A DNA stretch of 63,043 bases, counting the filler, from Reticulomyxa filosa (Eukaryota; Protista; Foraminifera): NCBI GenBank assembly GCA_000512085.1. It is 24 parts of 24 records of this genome, joined end to end, with 100 filler letters (N's around TTAATTAATTAA, not from the genome) between each part and the next. Parts side by side here need not be neighbours in the genome. Positions count along the whole stretch, not along the records: positions 1 to 6,760 come from ASPP01021354.1; positions 6,861 to 8,342 come from ASPP01002529.1; positions 8,443 to 15,804 come from ASPP01010061.1; 21 more parts are not named here. One strand, written 5' to 3'. This document shows, in pieces, positions 1 to 14,141 of the stretch (positions are counted from its first letter, which is position 1; the number at the start of each line of letters is the position of its first letter). Made by a program: the position numbers and the translations under genes. The notes below the pieces were generated by a model that was not told the DNA's origin, made no database searches, and was given only the letters and a program-made list of their open reading frames with translations.

Positions 1-441
1 CTCTCATCTTAGCATTGACGTCAATGCATGAACGTAACTTGCGTTCAGCTTTTTATCCATTTTGTGCATAAAAAGACATGGCAAACACAACTAATGATGG
101 AAAGTATTTTATAATCTTGTAAGTATTTAGTCAATTTTAATTTGTTTTGTTTTTTTCGATCATAGGCTTGAAAAACCTGGAAAAGTCATTATCAGAAGAA
201 ATGCAAGAATTTTCTATAATGGAACACAGTGATATTCCAAATTTTACTAATACATTGTTAATACAATCTATTCAATTTTGTTCCGACAGGTTTTTCAAGA
301 ACTTATCTTTAAATTTTTAAATATCCACGTCCTAAGGACACCAAAGACAAACAAGTATGCTGTTTCAAAATTTCAATTTTATCCTTTGTAGCAACTACAA
401 GATCAAATTTATCAATTATTTTTACACAACGCTTATGGGAG

Positions 442-668
442 TGTAGGGCAAGCCCCTATTATACATGGCTGAACTCTTGTGGAACTGAGGAGCTCCCTCT
501 GGGTTAAACTTCTCCACAAACCTTCTTGTTTTTGGTCTTTCCTTTTTACTTACTGAGTTATTCATTTTGGTTATTTAATTTACTTTGTTTTACTGAAAGC
601 CACTCTCAATTCGAGTAAAATCTTTTCGTATTACATTTAGTGTAGCTATCTACAGTAGACACCCCACA
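442..668. mobile_element. Solo-LTR-like element (227 bp) with 4-bp target-site duplication
   Basis: Starts TGTAGGG (442) and ends CCCCACA (668), an imperfect terminal inverted repeat with TG...CA ends. GGAG flanks both sides (438-441 and 669-672). Confidence 0.7.
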
Positions 669-2803
669 GGAGTTATAAAAGTATTATGTACAATAACCAA
701 AATAGTTATAAAAAGCGATAATAATAAAAATTTAGATTTTATTCATCAATTCCAAATTTTGTTCAGTTGCTACACAGCCACAGAAATAGAAAAAGCAATT
801 GAGACAAAATACTTAGCGTGAGTATAGACAGACGACAAAATCTCAACGCCACACTTGCGTGTCGTTTGTCAGTTGCTCACATCGTGTATGAGTCCCAATA
901 CTGATTTTCTGGAGTTACTAACTTCACACTTTGAGGATAACTTATCCTCTATAAATATATTTTTTTGGGCTTGCTGTGTCCATGTTTTGATGAGAAATTA
1001 TGACAGGTGTTTTTTTATTCTTTATTCTAGAAGCAAGAAAGGTGTTATTGACACAAAACAAATCAACAAATTTACGTTTCAGTATTTTTATTTCGATATT
1101 TTTTATCAACGACAATGAAAAGAGAGTTTTTTTTGGTCTCAAAAACGAACATACACCTTAACATAGAAAAAGAGAAATACAAGAAATGTCCTCTAATATC
1201 TTCATAAGGTGTATGACTTTGTTTGTTGTTTATTATCTGTAGTTTGATTTCCCCATTGTTGTTTTTGTTTTTATTTTTTTATTTTGTTCACTTTCTATTG
1301 CAAGCTTGAAAACACACTTTTCAGTAAGTGTAGATTTTCCTTCAAATCAGCACCTCTATCTCTATCTTCGATATATGTTGATTTGACACTTACAATAAAA
1401 TAAATTCAATCGTGGGACAGTACCATTTGTTTTTGTGATGTTATTTTCATTCAATAGATATGCAAAGTAGTCTATGTGTCTTTTTCCATATTGAGTGATT
1501 GTATACTGATTTTGAAACGCCATTCTAGGAAAAATTCTTCAACCAAAGAATAAGATAATCACTATTTTATGTTTCAAACATTTTTGTTATTGATCACTTT
1601 TATTCATTTGAATACACTTTGGGTTACGTTTTTGTTATAGAATTTTTCTGTCAACGATAAGACTGTGACATTAAGAAATGTTGAAAATAAATTAAAGATT
1701 TTCAATTATTATATCATAGAAAATTTAAAAAAAGAAGAAACAAATACAAAGAAAAGAAGTACTTTCAACACTGACAATTTTTTTTATGATGTGATTAAAT
1801 GAAAATTTTTTTAATTTAAAAAATGAATTTTTGATAGTTTCCATCATTTTTTTAATTAGTTAATATGCAAGAAAAAAAACAAATCAATATTTATTTAAAG
1901 GAAATGATCGCCAGACATCAGCAGTCAAATGATGTTCGTATTGCGGAATAATCTTAATTCAAAGTTTAAGTACATTGAGTTGTGACATCAATTTTGGTAA
2001 ATACAGTAGGATAAAAAAGAAAGTTAAAACCTAAAATGCCATCTTATAGAGATTATTATGTTTCTCAATGAAAAAACAATATTTAATTAAAATTTTAAAA
2101 ATATCTACGAATAGTGTAGTTTTTAAATATCATTATTAAGTGTTTACAATTTTTTCAAAAATTGTAATCTTTCATTTGATTTAGTAAAATTTATTTAAAA
2201 AAGTTGACAATAGTGTTTTTCTCGTAGTCATGAAATTTGACAATCTTTTTAAACAATTTTTTAGGTGTTTGATATTGATTTTTGTCATTTTGTTACCGAA
2301 ATATTGACTTTTTGGTCACTTATGATCACTTTTAGACATCAGCAAGTTTTCGAGATTTATAAACTGGATGCGAACTCAATCACTTGCAAGATTACATAAG
2401 AACTTATGTTTTTTAATTTATTTTGCAAGAATTGTTTTTCATTTGTTTGTCTCTTAAGAGTTACGCTTCCCCTTTGTAAGTTTGTCATCAATAATATACT
2501 TCAAAACGCAATCTTGACATGTTCCAAAATTGTTCATAATTGTATTACAATTTTTAAAAATCTCAACAAATGTAGATAATACTCTAAATTGTGGCAATGC
2601 TCCTAAGAACATCAAGATTCTGATTTAAAACGAAAGACTTTTTTTTATGTAAAAGTGAATTACAAAAAAAATTAAATAACCAACATTAGTGATGACCCTT
2701 GTGAAATAAAAAATATTACAATACATAGTGTCTTAAATACAACCAAGCATTTCAAAACAAGAAGCAAAGTAAACATAAAAACTGTTTGTATTTTTTATAA
2801 CAT

Positions 2804-5717
2804 TTATTCGAGGGAAGTTTTCGATTTAACTGCTCGTAAAAAAGTTTGTAACGCATTTAATCGTGCATCAATACTTTGAATTTCTTTTGACGTTTTCAGT
2901 ACCGACAAAGCTTCACTTTTGGTCTCTGTTTCTATCAAAAAGCAAAACAAGCAGTTATTTTATGGTAAAGAAGAGAAGCAAAGAGACCTTCTTTTGGTGT
3001 CGTGTTCAGCAAGGGACCGCTTTGATTTTTTTTCAAAAAAGTTTGTTCGATTTCACTTTGCAAAGGAGGTTTATTCAGAGAAGATTCCGATAATTGTCGA
3101 GATTTGCTTTTGCTTTTGCTTTTTTGTTCAATGGCAGCAGACGGTTTGGTACGACTTTTAGACCTGGACACAATGGTGCCGAACGTGTTTCTGGAGTGTG
3201 ACGATAACGAGCTGTGATCGTGGTTTTCTTTTGTTTGAGCGGGTCGACTTTGGCGCGGAACCACAGGAGAAATACTGCGACTATGTACCCTTGGGAGATT
3301 TGTACGAGAGTGAGACCGACAGCTAGTGGCGGGCGAATGATTTTCATTGCCAGTATGTCCGAATGTATTGCGATTATTTCTGGCCTGTTCAATCTTCGAC
3401 TGTCTTTCCTTCGCCCACGCCGTGGGATCGAATCGCGTCAAGGTTTTCGGAGATGTTTGTCGAAATGATCGAGTCGCAGGGGAACTCTTTCCATTATGTC
3501 TTGTCAATGGGTCACGTGAGTTTGCAGATTGACTGCGTGGTCTTGAATTGACACCTGTTTATTATTATTATTAATAATGTGTATACGTCAGTGGGATACA
3601 TTTGCCAATTTTTTTTTTTTTTTGTGACAATTATAACCGTTGAAGCGTTTTTTATAATTAAATGTGGACGACACAGAAGAAGTAATGTGCTTGTTTGTCT
3701 TGGACCGAGAACGTCGTGGGTCAGTGACTTCTCCTTTGGACAACGTACGCGTTAGCCGGGGTGAGGATTGATATGCAGCTTGTTTGCAAATCCTTTGTCG
3801 TAATAAATCAATTTGTGCTGTCTTCGTCTGCACCTCGTCGCGTAATGTGCGTAGCTTTGCACGCATGCGCAAATTCGAAGTCTTGAGCTTTTCCCTTTCT
3901 TTTTCCATCTCATATTTGCTATCGAGGTATTCCTTCGTTACTTGTCTATTCTTGCTACGCTCCTCCCATACTTGCATTCGAAGACTGTCCACTTCTTTTT
4001 CCAATTCCTCTATTCTTTTTTTTGCAAAAAAAAAAAAAAAATTCCGTCCAAACAGAATCATTTGAATCAATTATATTACATATGTATTTTTTTAATCTAT
4101 TTGTGCGTGATATTTAAAAAAAAAATAAATAGAAAGTACGTACAAATAAAAAAGGTACATGTTCTAAACTTGGCATAGACATTTGCCTCTTGCGGTGGAT
4201 GGGCTTGCTTTTGAATGTATTTGAGCTCTGTCTCTTTTTTTAACAATTCTTTTTTCAATATTTTTACTTCCTCTTCCATTACATTGATCATTTCTATAAG
4301 TTTTGCAGTGGATGACTGTTTGTCATTGTCATCACGACTATTCGCATTAGCATTCTCTCTTTTGTCATTATTATTTTCATCTTCGTTATTGTCATTATCA
4401 TCATCATCATCACCTTCTTCTTCTTCTTCTATTTCTTCTTCCTGTCGTTGTTGTTGCCGTTTCTCTTTTTCTTCATGTTTAACATGAACACGCTCTTTTA
4501 TGCTAGTATTCGCTTTTGTTGCTTCACCCATTGCATGATCTTGCACTTTTGCTTTGTCTGCCAAGAGTACCTGCAGCAGCTGCAGTTGCTCCTGCTTCTG
4601 CTGTGAAGCAGACAACATTCCTTGCAGCTTGGCATTTTCCAAACGTGCTGTTTCCAACTCTTGAGACAATCTCGCTACTTCTTCATTCGTTTTTGACGTG
4701 CTACTTTCCATTACTAGTAATCCTTCGTTCTTTCTTGCGTGCTATCCAAACGCATTTCCCCCCCCCTTCTCTTTTCCTTCCTGGTATGTTGATCATCCAT
4801 ATGTATACACATCTTAAAAAAAAATTAATGAGTTCAACTTGAGAAGACAAAAAATGTGTTGGTGAAGATTGCGAAGATGAAGAATGGCTCCTTGTATTTG
4901 AGTTTGCTGATGACATGATATTTGTTTGTAAAGGTGACTGAGGAGGTCGACCCATTGTCCCAACTCCATTTACACTGGCTTGCAAATTTGAAGTGGAGGA
5001 CATCACTGTTAGCGGCTTCAATGCTAATGGATAGTGAACACTTTTTTTTAAAATTTTTTTTTATATAGGTATTCTACTAATTTTATTGTTCTCAGCAACA
5101 GCAAAAAAAAAAAATTAAAAATTTTTGATTACCGATCAAAATCAGAAACATATGTCAGTATTAGATATCTTTTGTTTTTTAAGGGTTGCGCAATGCTCAT
5201 AGAGGCAGATGGAAAACATCCTATATTTGATGAAGTCCGTTCCCGTTCATTAGTTTTGATTATTATCGTTTGTTTTTTTTTTGCTTGATAAATATTCAAA
5301 GAGCACCTGCTGAATTACTTCCGGATAGTGTTTTTAAACTCTTTCGGGTTTTGAGTGTTTCTAAGTCCTGATAAGTCAACAAATCAATGAACACTGATTT
5401 ATTCGTCTCGTCCAATGCATTATATAACATTTCCGAAAATGTTTCAAAAGTTTTGTAATTTCCTGTCTTCGTTGTTATCTCTTCTATATCTTTTGTTTTT
5501 ATTTGATTTTGTTTTTGTCCTTTCCTTTTGGAAAATATATTTGTTGTGTTCTTTAAAAAAGATTGATACATTTTCTTGAAAACTGGTTCTTCCATTTCGC
5601 TCCAATTGATTCTTGTTGAGCCTCAACATGCAAAATATTATCTTTCGCTAAAGCTTTTATTGTATAAATGCTATTGCGAAAATTGCGTTTGCATTGCTTT
5701 GCGAACCCTTCGCTCAT
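2804..5717 (-). CDS. CCDC61: Coiled-coil domain-containing protein 61 (VFL3; SAS-6-like centriole/basal-body protein), multi-exon
   Basis: ATG at 5717: MSEGFAKQCKRNFRNSIYTIK...AKWKNQFSRK, then GT-AG intron 5490-5569, then IEEITTKTGNYKTFETFSEMLYNAL...VFIDLLTYQDLETLK (CCDC61 head domain). Coiled coil follows, then RFDPTAWAKER and C-terminal IQSIDARLNALQTFL; TAA at 2804-2806. Confidence 0.9.
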
Positions 5718-6719
5718 TTTTTGTCACTGATTGACACCCTTTTTTGAACAAAAAACTCTCGCTCAACACCTTTTCAGCGAAGAGTCTTAAAAATCTGAAA
5801 TAATAGATTTCCCAATGAAACAGATTATCAAAGTTAGTCATAGTTTACTTTATGATCATAAAGTGATGTAAGAACTAAAAAGTGTGTAATGTTTATATAT
5901 CGAACATCGCTTTTGCATAATGAATGTCGTCAAAAGAGTGAAATTCACTCATACCACGTTTTGTTAATAATTTGAAAAAAATTAAAAAGAATGCACCGAA
6001 CAAATGTATTGTGTACTTAGTAAATTTTTGGTTTTTCATTTACAATTCTGTTCTATGTTGTTTTTCAAAATAATTTTTTTGTTTGAAATGATATTGAAAA
6101 TCTTGGATGAAGTGAGGTGTAAACAAACGAACAACAAAGGACTGTCATTGTTTACATTATGTTTTTTGTTTGAGAGCAAAATTACAACGACAAAAAAAAA
6201 AAAAGGACACACAAAAACTTATACTTTGAACATCAAGTGATTTTTTTTTTAAGAGGAAAAAAACACCCAAAGACTAAAAAGAAAGGGAGAGAAAATTATG
6301 CACATCAAACGAATGAAATCATAATTTGGCAGTCAAAGGAAGAGTGGAAAGGGAAAAAAAAACCAAACTTGGCAAGATTGCCGGACTTGTTTCGTGTTTC
6401 TGTGTAAAAACAAAACACCAAAACAAAAGGAAAATCATGGCTAAAAAAAAAATTAAAAAAAATAAAAGAAGACAACAAAAACCTCCAAAAATTGAAAGCA
6501 ATGTTAAAAAAAGAAAACAAGACAAAAGTCGAGAGACGAAATAAAAATAGTGCGTGTACATAGCCACACAACTGGAGGTACGTTAAGTGGTTCAGAAGAA
6601 TGACATTTGAAGTAAAGTAGCCCACAGTTGCTTTGTTTTGAGGAAAGAGAAAATTGGTTTGTAAAACATACAAAAGCAGAGACAAATGAAAAGAAGGGAG
6701 GGAAAAAAAAAAGAAAGAA

Positions 6720-6760
<41 letters not shown>

Positions 6761-6860
6761 NNNNNNNNNNNNNNNNNNNNNNNNNNNNNNNNNNNNNNNN
6801 NNNNTTAATTAATTAANNNNNNNNNNNNNNNNNNNNNNNNNNNNNNNNNNNNNNNNNNNN
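6761..6860. other. Artificial contig spacer (44 N + TTAATTAATTAA + 44 N). First of 23; the others start at 8343, 15805, 18234, 19422, 20598, 22351, 24965, 26732, 28667, 29919, 31336, 32458, 33969, 35355, 46279, 47691, 50738, 52686, 53786, 55860, 57493 and 59313
   Basis: Identical 100-bp block with stops in all six frames; genes are truncated at these blocks. Confidence 0.99.
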
Positions 6861-9180
6861 GCAAATACTTTTTGTTTAACTTGAAAAATATTTCCAATAA
6901 AAAAAATTATTTTTGTTATTTGAAATTATAATTCAAAGCTCCAGTTTGCAAAACATCATTGAGAAATTTTCCAACACTAACTAGCAATGAAAGAAAACAT
7001 GAAGTGCTAACAAGTCTGTAAGTAGATGACAACAAATTAGATATGCAAACAAACTGTAGCTGACTTGTATTTTTTGTTAAATTAAGTTGAGTTGAAAAGG
7101 AAGTTGTAAGAGTTCTCTTTTTTAGTTTGAATGATCCAAAAAGAAGAAAAAACATTCACAGTATGAAAATGTTGACTGTTCTTGTGGTCTCGTACTAGTT
7201 GTCTTTAGCCTTGGGACAATGCACTTTTTATTTGCTTGTCAATTTGGCAACGATTGTTCACTGTCGACTAAGTCTCTCATCACAACAGACAGTAACAATT
7301 TGGATTCAACAAATCCAGTAAAAGAGCGCAATGTTTGTGTCTTTGTTCTAACAACAAACGAGACACTCTCCAAGCAATGAAACCAGAACACTTTTCTCAA
7401 ACAGGATGGCACTTTCTAAACGAAACAATAGCAGCATTGGAGACACAAGCAAAGAAAATTTCAATGTATTTGAAAAGGATGAATATGAGCAAGTAATAAA
7501 TGGATATCTCCATCCAAAGCTTCCAGACTACGAAAACTTAATCCAAATCTTGGCATTTTGAACTAAATAAAATATTATTATAGGTCTATTTTTAATAAAG
7601 TAATATCAACCTTTTAATATTTTAACATTTTGAATATTCAAATTTGTCAATTATTGGCTGTTTTTCTTTGGCAATTATTTTTGCAAGAGTAATTTTTTTA
7701 AGGTTACTTAACACTGAACGTACAAACTTTTTTCCTTTTGGTAAGTTGCTGTTTGTTTTGAGATTTGTTGTCTTGTCGTAACAAGGATTAATACAACTTA
7801 TCTCTTACAATATTATACAGTGATATTTTTGTATCTCACATTGGACTGAGAAGTGATTCATGTTCGACGAGTTCGTTCATCTCCCTTTTTTAAGTAAATC
7901 CACAAGCTGTGAAAAAAATGTCAATGCTTGTCAATGGAAAAAAATATTATTTTCTGATTTCATGTCCCCATTTTGAAAATGATTTTGTTGAATGCAAAAA
8001 TGAAGACTACAATTACAAAATACAACTTTTTTAAATTATTTAACGTTACAAACTTTTCCTCTTTTTCTAGCTGCAAGATGTCACTTCCGACGACACAAAT
8101 GTTTCAAACAAAAGTTTTCTAAATGAAAGAAAGTGGAGAAGTGAATAACCAAAGATTTCTTCCAGCATTTTTTCCGATGGGATTTATCGAAGAGTTAAAA
8201 TCTTTGTTCAATACATTTAAATTGATCACATGACCATCTGATACACAGTCACCGATTCTCATCGTTTTACGGACCTTGCTGAAACTTGAGAAATTTATAA
8301 AACTGTCGCAAGAACTTTGACTGCATAAAAGCGGTTTCTGCTNNNNNNNNNNNNNNNNNNNNNNNNNNNNNNNNNNNNNNNNNNNNTTAATTAATTAANN
8401 NNNNNNNNNNNNNNNNNNNNNNNNNNNNNNNNNNNNNNNNNNAAAAAAAAAATCCAAACTTCAAACACTTTGAAAGCTCTTGTTATGTATTGTCCGTCGA
8501 AGCCCATTTGTTCGAGCGCTTTTGTCACTGTGAGAGTTTTGTTTTATTGTTATTATGATTAGGGAGCTTTTTTAAATTAAGACTATGCAAACTATGTGTA
8601 ACACAGTGAAGACCCCCCCCTATGGATGGTATGTACTCGCACTTGCCACCCAAACAAAGTTACTATCAACATAAAAATACAGCAGAGAAACCAATGAATT
8701 GTTATCCTTAATTACACATACATTCTTGTTGACTCCTATTCCAACCCAAACAGACCCGTCATGTTCTTGTTTTGCCTTAACAAAAGTACCACAAACAATG
8801 CAAAAGAAAACAAATTTTAAAAAATCTTACATTCTACTATTAGAATGGAACCACTATGGGAACAAAAATTGAAAAGATGTTCCGAAAAGCAATGTAATCC
8901 CACGGGGATAAATATACAACAACTTATTACAAAAACTCAGTTGGGTCGTGTTTGGTCTGAGAGTAAAGCAACTCATTATGTTCTTCTTTTTTTATGTTGA
9001 CAATAAAAACTCTAAAAAAAACTGTTTAAATATTTTTCTTGTGTGATTGAGCATTTTAAGAATTTTTCTCTCCCTCGAAAACTGAAGGATATGTTACCGT
9101 GATGCCACATCATCGCAAAAAAACAAAAAATTAAGTTAAAAAAAAAAACCCCGATTAACCCAACTAATAAAATAAACTAA

Positions 9181-11509
9181 TCACACTTTATCTTGCAAAA
9201 AGTTTTTGAGATCAATTTTCAAAATTTTTGCCAAGTATTCCGCATAGTCATGCGAAATGTTGCACTTTAACTTAATTTCGTCCAATTCATTGGCTGCAGT
9301 AATCTTCGAGAGAAATGACAGCGATATCAAATGTGCAATCTTTATTATGTTTGTTATTATTTTTTAAAACACTTACTTTTTTTTTTTTTTTTTTGAATGG
9401 CAATACTTCAAACCTGAGATCGTAAATCGTGGATCGCTTTCAGATTTGGGTTTTTGCGACCATCTTGCACATTGGAGCCTAGAATCAAACCAATATTACA
9501 CTTGATATTTACAGCAGTAACAACAACAAAAGAAAAGGTTATATTGATTAGCAAATGTTATCGGAATCGGACCTGAAACAACCAGCGGGAACAGTCCGAC
9601 AAAAACTCCCTTTAAAGTAGGTAAGTTAAACGCAATGGGTCCCCTTTCCAATAGTGATACCTTCTACTCGCAAGTTTTTTGTTTTGTTTTGTTTTGTTTT
9701 GTTTATTTGTTTGTTTGATCTTCCGTCTGTTCAAAACTAACACGTCCGAATAAAATTAAAAAATGTTTAAAAATAAAAATAAAAGCAAAGGTACCAAACT
9801 TGTTCTCTTGAATGAACAATTTTTTTTTCTTTCTTTTTTTCGGGTTTTCTTGATTGACAAACTGAAACTCGTTAAACTCGGGAGTGTTGTAACTTGCCAA
9901 GTACGCAGCCAACAGCAAGATTTTGGATGCGTAAGGCAAATCTGGAGGAGTCTAATCATCGAGTCCATTTTTTTTTTTTTTTTTTGAGTCACAACACAAA
10001 ACAAAGACCACATTACACAAAAACTTATACACGTAGAAAGATTTTTGTTTTTTTTTTTTTAATTAAAAAAAAAAATGGTTCAACTGACTTGGTTATTCCT
10101 TTTTTTAATTTGTTCCGCCAAGTCTTTGGTTTCCAAAACCTCCAAAAAATCAAGTCCCATTTCATTTGAGGACATACATGTCAACAGCTGAGAAACGTAT
10201 TCTTGCATTTTGCTTAATAAGCTTTCTTCGGTTCTATTTGTTCAAAAAAAAATAAATAAAAAGACAAATTTTAAAAATATATATATATATACATATATAT
10301 ATATATGTATATATGTATATAAATGTATGTATATGTATATGGACATAACATTTTATTTTCCATGAGATCGTCTTGCAGACGCACGAGATGAGAGATCAAG
10401 TGAACGAGCAAGTGATCCAATTGGTCGACTCTACGCGTGTAAATGCTAAAGGTTTGAACCAGCAATTGCACGACGCCTTCGCGGAGTTTATTGAATGACG
10501 CAAGCTTGGTGACTGGGCACGTGGTCTTGCTATTGACAGTAAGACTTTGACTCTGTGCTGACAATATTGTCAATAATTGCTGATCCGTATACTGCGGAAA
10601 ATGTACCGCCATTAATGTGTTGTATTTTCTTCCTACTAATGCATCCAACATTAGCAACGAAGAGGTATGTCCAACCAATATAAATCCAATCCGACACACA
10701 CGGCGATACATTCGGTCTATCTCCGTTATCTCTAACAGTGCTATTCGTACATGTATATAATGCATGTATGTACGTATGATCATATAGTGTTAGTATACGT
10801 ATGCAAGGAGCTTTTCTTTTTTTTTTTTTTGAAGAGGGAAAATAAAGTGAGAAGGAGGGAGGGGGGGGGGGGGGGAGGGAGGAAAAAAACAGCCTCCAAA
10901 GTTGTATACATATATATATATATATATGTATATATTTAATTTCTCTTTCTCTCTCTTCTCCTAACAAATTAAATAATGATTGCATACAAGTCAATAAAGA
11001 TTTATCAATGTCGTACAAATGTTCAAAGTGATCCAATATGATATAAAAAGGTGCACCACATGTTGGATTCTCTTCCCCAATAATATGTGCAAATGTGGTT
11101 GCATTTGTGCAGTCTTTAAAGGTGGATGAACTTCGCCACATTCCGTACTCTTTTTTGTTTGTTTCTTTTTTTTCTTCGTTCCAATCGAAGTAATTGCTAA
11201 TCCCGTTCAGAATTATGTCGAACAATTGTCTTTTATTTTATTTTTGTTTTCTTGCTGGCAAGTGTCTTTCTCTTGTTTGTTTTATTTATTTATTTATTTA
11301 TTTTGAGAAGGCATTTACTTTTGAGTGTGCACCAAACGACAAGGTACACTGACGTGGTGAATCTCCTTTTTTTTTATCACAGACTCAAGCACTGAGGTTT
11401 TGCCTGTTGAAGGTGCTCCGTGGACTAATACGTAAGGAAAATTTATTTTGTTACTGATGGCTCCTTCTAGTTGAAGATATTCTTTTTCACGACCCACAAA
11501 AATAGCCAT
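9181..11509 (-). CDS. ORC5: Origin recognition complex subunit 5, multi-exon
   Basis: MAIFVGREKE, Walker A GAPSTGKT, IILDHFEHL, VHFPQYTDQQL, LPYASKILLLAAYLASYN and C-terminal LKCNISHDYAEYLAKILKIDLKNFL; TGA at 9181-9183. Confidence 0.9.
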
Positions 11510-13608
11510 CACTAAATCTGAGTTAAGAAGAAAATTATTATATATAAAAAAAATTAGTGGGGTTTTGAACTTTTTTTTGTGCAGTTATGCAAGTTTGTAG
11601 TTGTTGATATCACAACACATACTTCCCTCCCCACTTGGGATGTCTTTATCTTTGTTCATTTTCTGTATTTTTTCAACTAAAAATGATAGCTTGTTTGCTT
11701 TCTTTATTACGTACTATCCAACGTAAAAAAATAAAATAAAATAATTGATTTTGGATTCGTTGCATTCTCAACAATAAAAACAAAAGAAAAATCCATTGTT
11801 AAGGCCAACCGGTGTCCAAAAGGAAAAAGTTTGTTATATATTGTTGTATTTTTGATAAACGATTATTCCAACATCAGCAAATTTTTTTTCACATCTTCAC
11901 AAAAAGAGATTTTGAGTTTAAGGTCAACAGCCTTCAAAATAAAAATAATGGCTTATTGTGTATGTGCATAAATATTTTCTTGTTTGTGGTACAATATGCA
12001 TTCCAAATCTTCAGCAAAACGTTAAACATCCAATCAAAAAAATGTTTATGTAGGTTTTTTATATGAACGTATGTATTTTTTTTAACAAAAAAAGGCTAGT
12101 TGGAGAATGCTAAAAAAATGAAAACTAGCTATATCTTGCTTAATGTCTTAAATTCGTTGTATTTATTAATGTTATTGCATATATCATTAGTAATTTTCAG
12201 TTTAAAAACAAAAATTATAACTAAACAAGCGACAAGTGGCCAACAAGTTACGCCAAAAAGCAGTGATGACAGAAGAGAAAAAAGAACAAATACTGGTTTT
12301 TAAAAATGAAAAAATAGATGAAACAAATAAATAAATTTTAATCTTACAGCTTGTTGTTTTTTTCTGCTTTGTTTAAAGTGACAATTATTAATTTGCAATT
12401 GTTAGAATAAAATGTATTACTTTTAAATGTAACACTTCTGCATGTTGCAAAACCTTTTTCTTAACAATTAGTATGGTTGTTAAAGAATATACTGATTTTC
12501 ATTGAAAGCAGCTGTAATAAAATGAAAATATCAAATATTACTATATTTTTTATTGAGAAAATCAATCATATCTCTAAGAAGATTACTTTTTAGCTTTTTT
12601 GAATTGTGTATTTATTCGTTTCTTGTGTTGATCTGCTGATGTAATATCATATACATGTTGTACATTGGAACTGTATATTAAATGCTATATTTCATTTACA
12701 AGACATGGACGCAAAAGTCAAATAATATGTACTTGTTACCACAATGGACTTACACTTCAATGAAAAGGTTGTAATTGTTCGCCGTCACGAGATGGAATTT
12801 TGTACAAAAATAATATTATGTTGAGACAATTCTTTGTACTATTTAAGTGGAGTTCACAAATGTCCATACACCATTGACAAAAAAATAAGCTCTGACTAAT
12901 TATTCAAATGAGGCTATCTTTGGAACGTCTCAGATAGCAAAGTACAAATTTGCAACATTTTTTACAAAGTTGGAAAAAAGAATTCCAATTTTGAAAAAGC
13001 GACAGAAAAGACTCCAATTCGAATGTGTAATTTATACTGTTTGAAATAGACCAAGCCAAGCCAATAACGATAATAATAATAACATAAAAACATAATCATA
13101 ATTTGCAAATCACAACAAAAAAAATCTGACTAAGCAAAAAAAAAACAAAATCAAATAAGCAAGAACTAGCGAACACAACAAGCAAAGAAAAAAATCACAT
13201 TTAAAAATCATCTTCCACACCAGTAAACAAGATTTTTTCTTGTTTTTATTTGTCCAGGATTCACCAGCAAGAATTAAAAATAGATCACAAGAATAATGAA
13301 ATATAACAAAATAAATTTGGAAATAAGAAAAAAAAAAAAAAAAAATTTACAAGAAAAAAAAACATATACATTACACAATACCATATGTACGTTGGAACGG
13401 CCTTAAAAAAAAGAAGAAAAGGGAGAGTAACAAAAAAAAAAAAAGATTTGTCATTTCAAAAAAGGAAGAGAGGAGAATTAGAACAAAACAAAGCACCAAA
13501 AAAAAAAAAAAAAAAAAGTTTTGTCCATTTTATATCCAAGATATGTAATAATAATAATAATATATTGTATTATTATGCATTGCATTTTACTATATTTTTT
13601 CAATTGAT

Positions 13609-14110
13609 TCAGCATTGCAATACTGGTGTCAATATAATATGACGGTCCCAAGCAAAAATGGAACCGTCATGGACTTGCCAATGTTTGATTTCCAAAGGAG
13701 TCATGACACCACCTTTTCCAAGTGCATTAGCAACGTCATCTGTACGCAGTCCACGCTTGTCAAATAGCCATTGCTCAGACTGCGAGTGGTACCGAATGAC
13801 CCACTCATTTTTATGGCCGGTATTGGCTTGACTTGTACTTTTCTGCACATTGCCAGTCACATCTTCCTTTGCAATGGTTTCAACTTTTTTATACCACACC
13901 CGGCTGCAGTGCAACGTCGTTTGCTTTTGATAAAAGCCATTGATTTGAGCATTTATCCCTTTTCGTCCATGCACTTTAATTAGATTTGGAGCCTCCAACA
14001 AATATAGTTTTCGAAATAAATGAAAGTCATCAAATCCTTGCAAACTAACATTTTCGTTTATCATCTGCTTGCCATTGCTGGTGTTTTCAATATAATGCCA
14101 AACCTAATTA

Positions 14111-14141
<31 letters not shown>

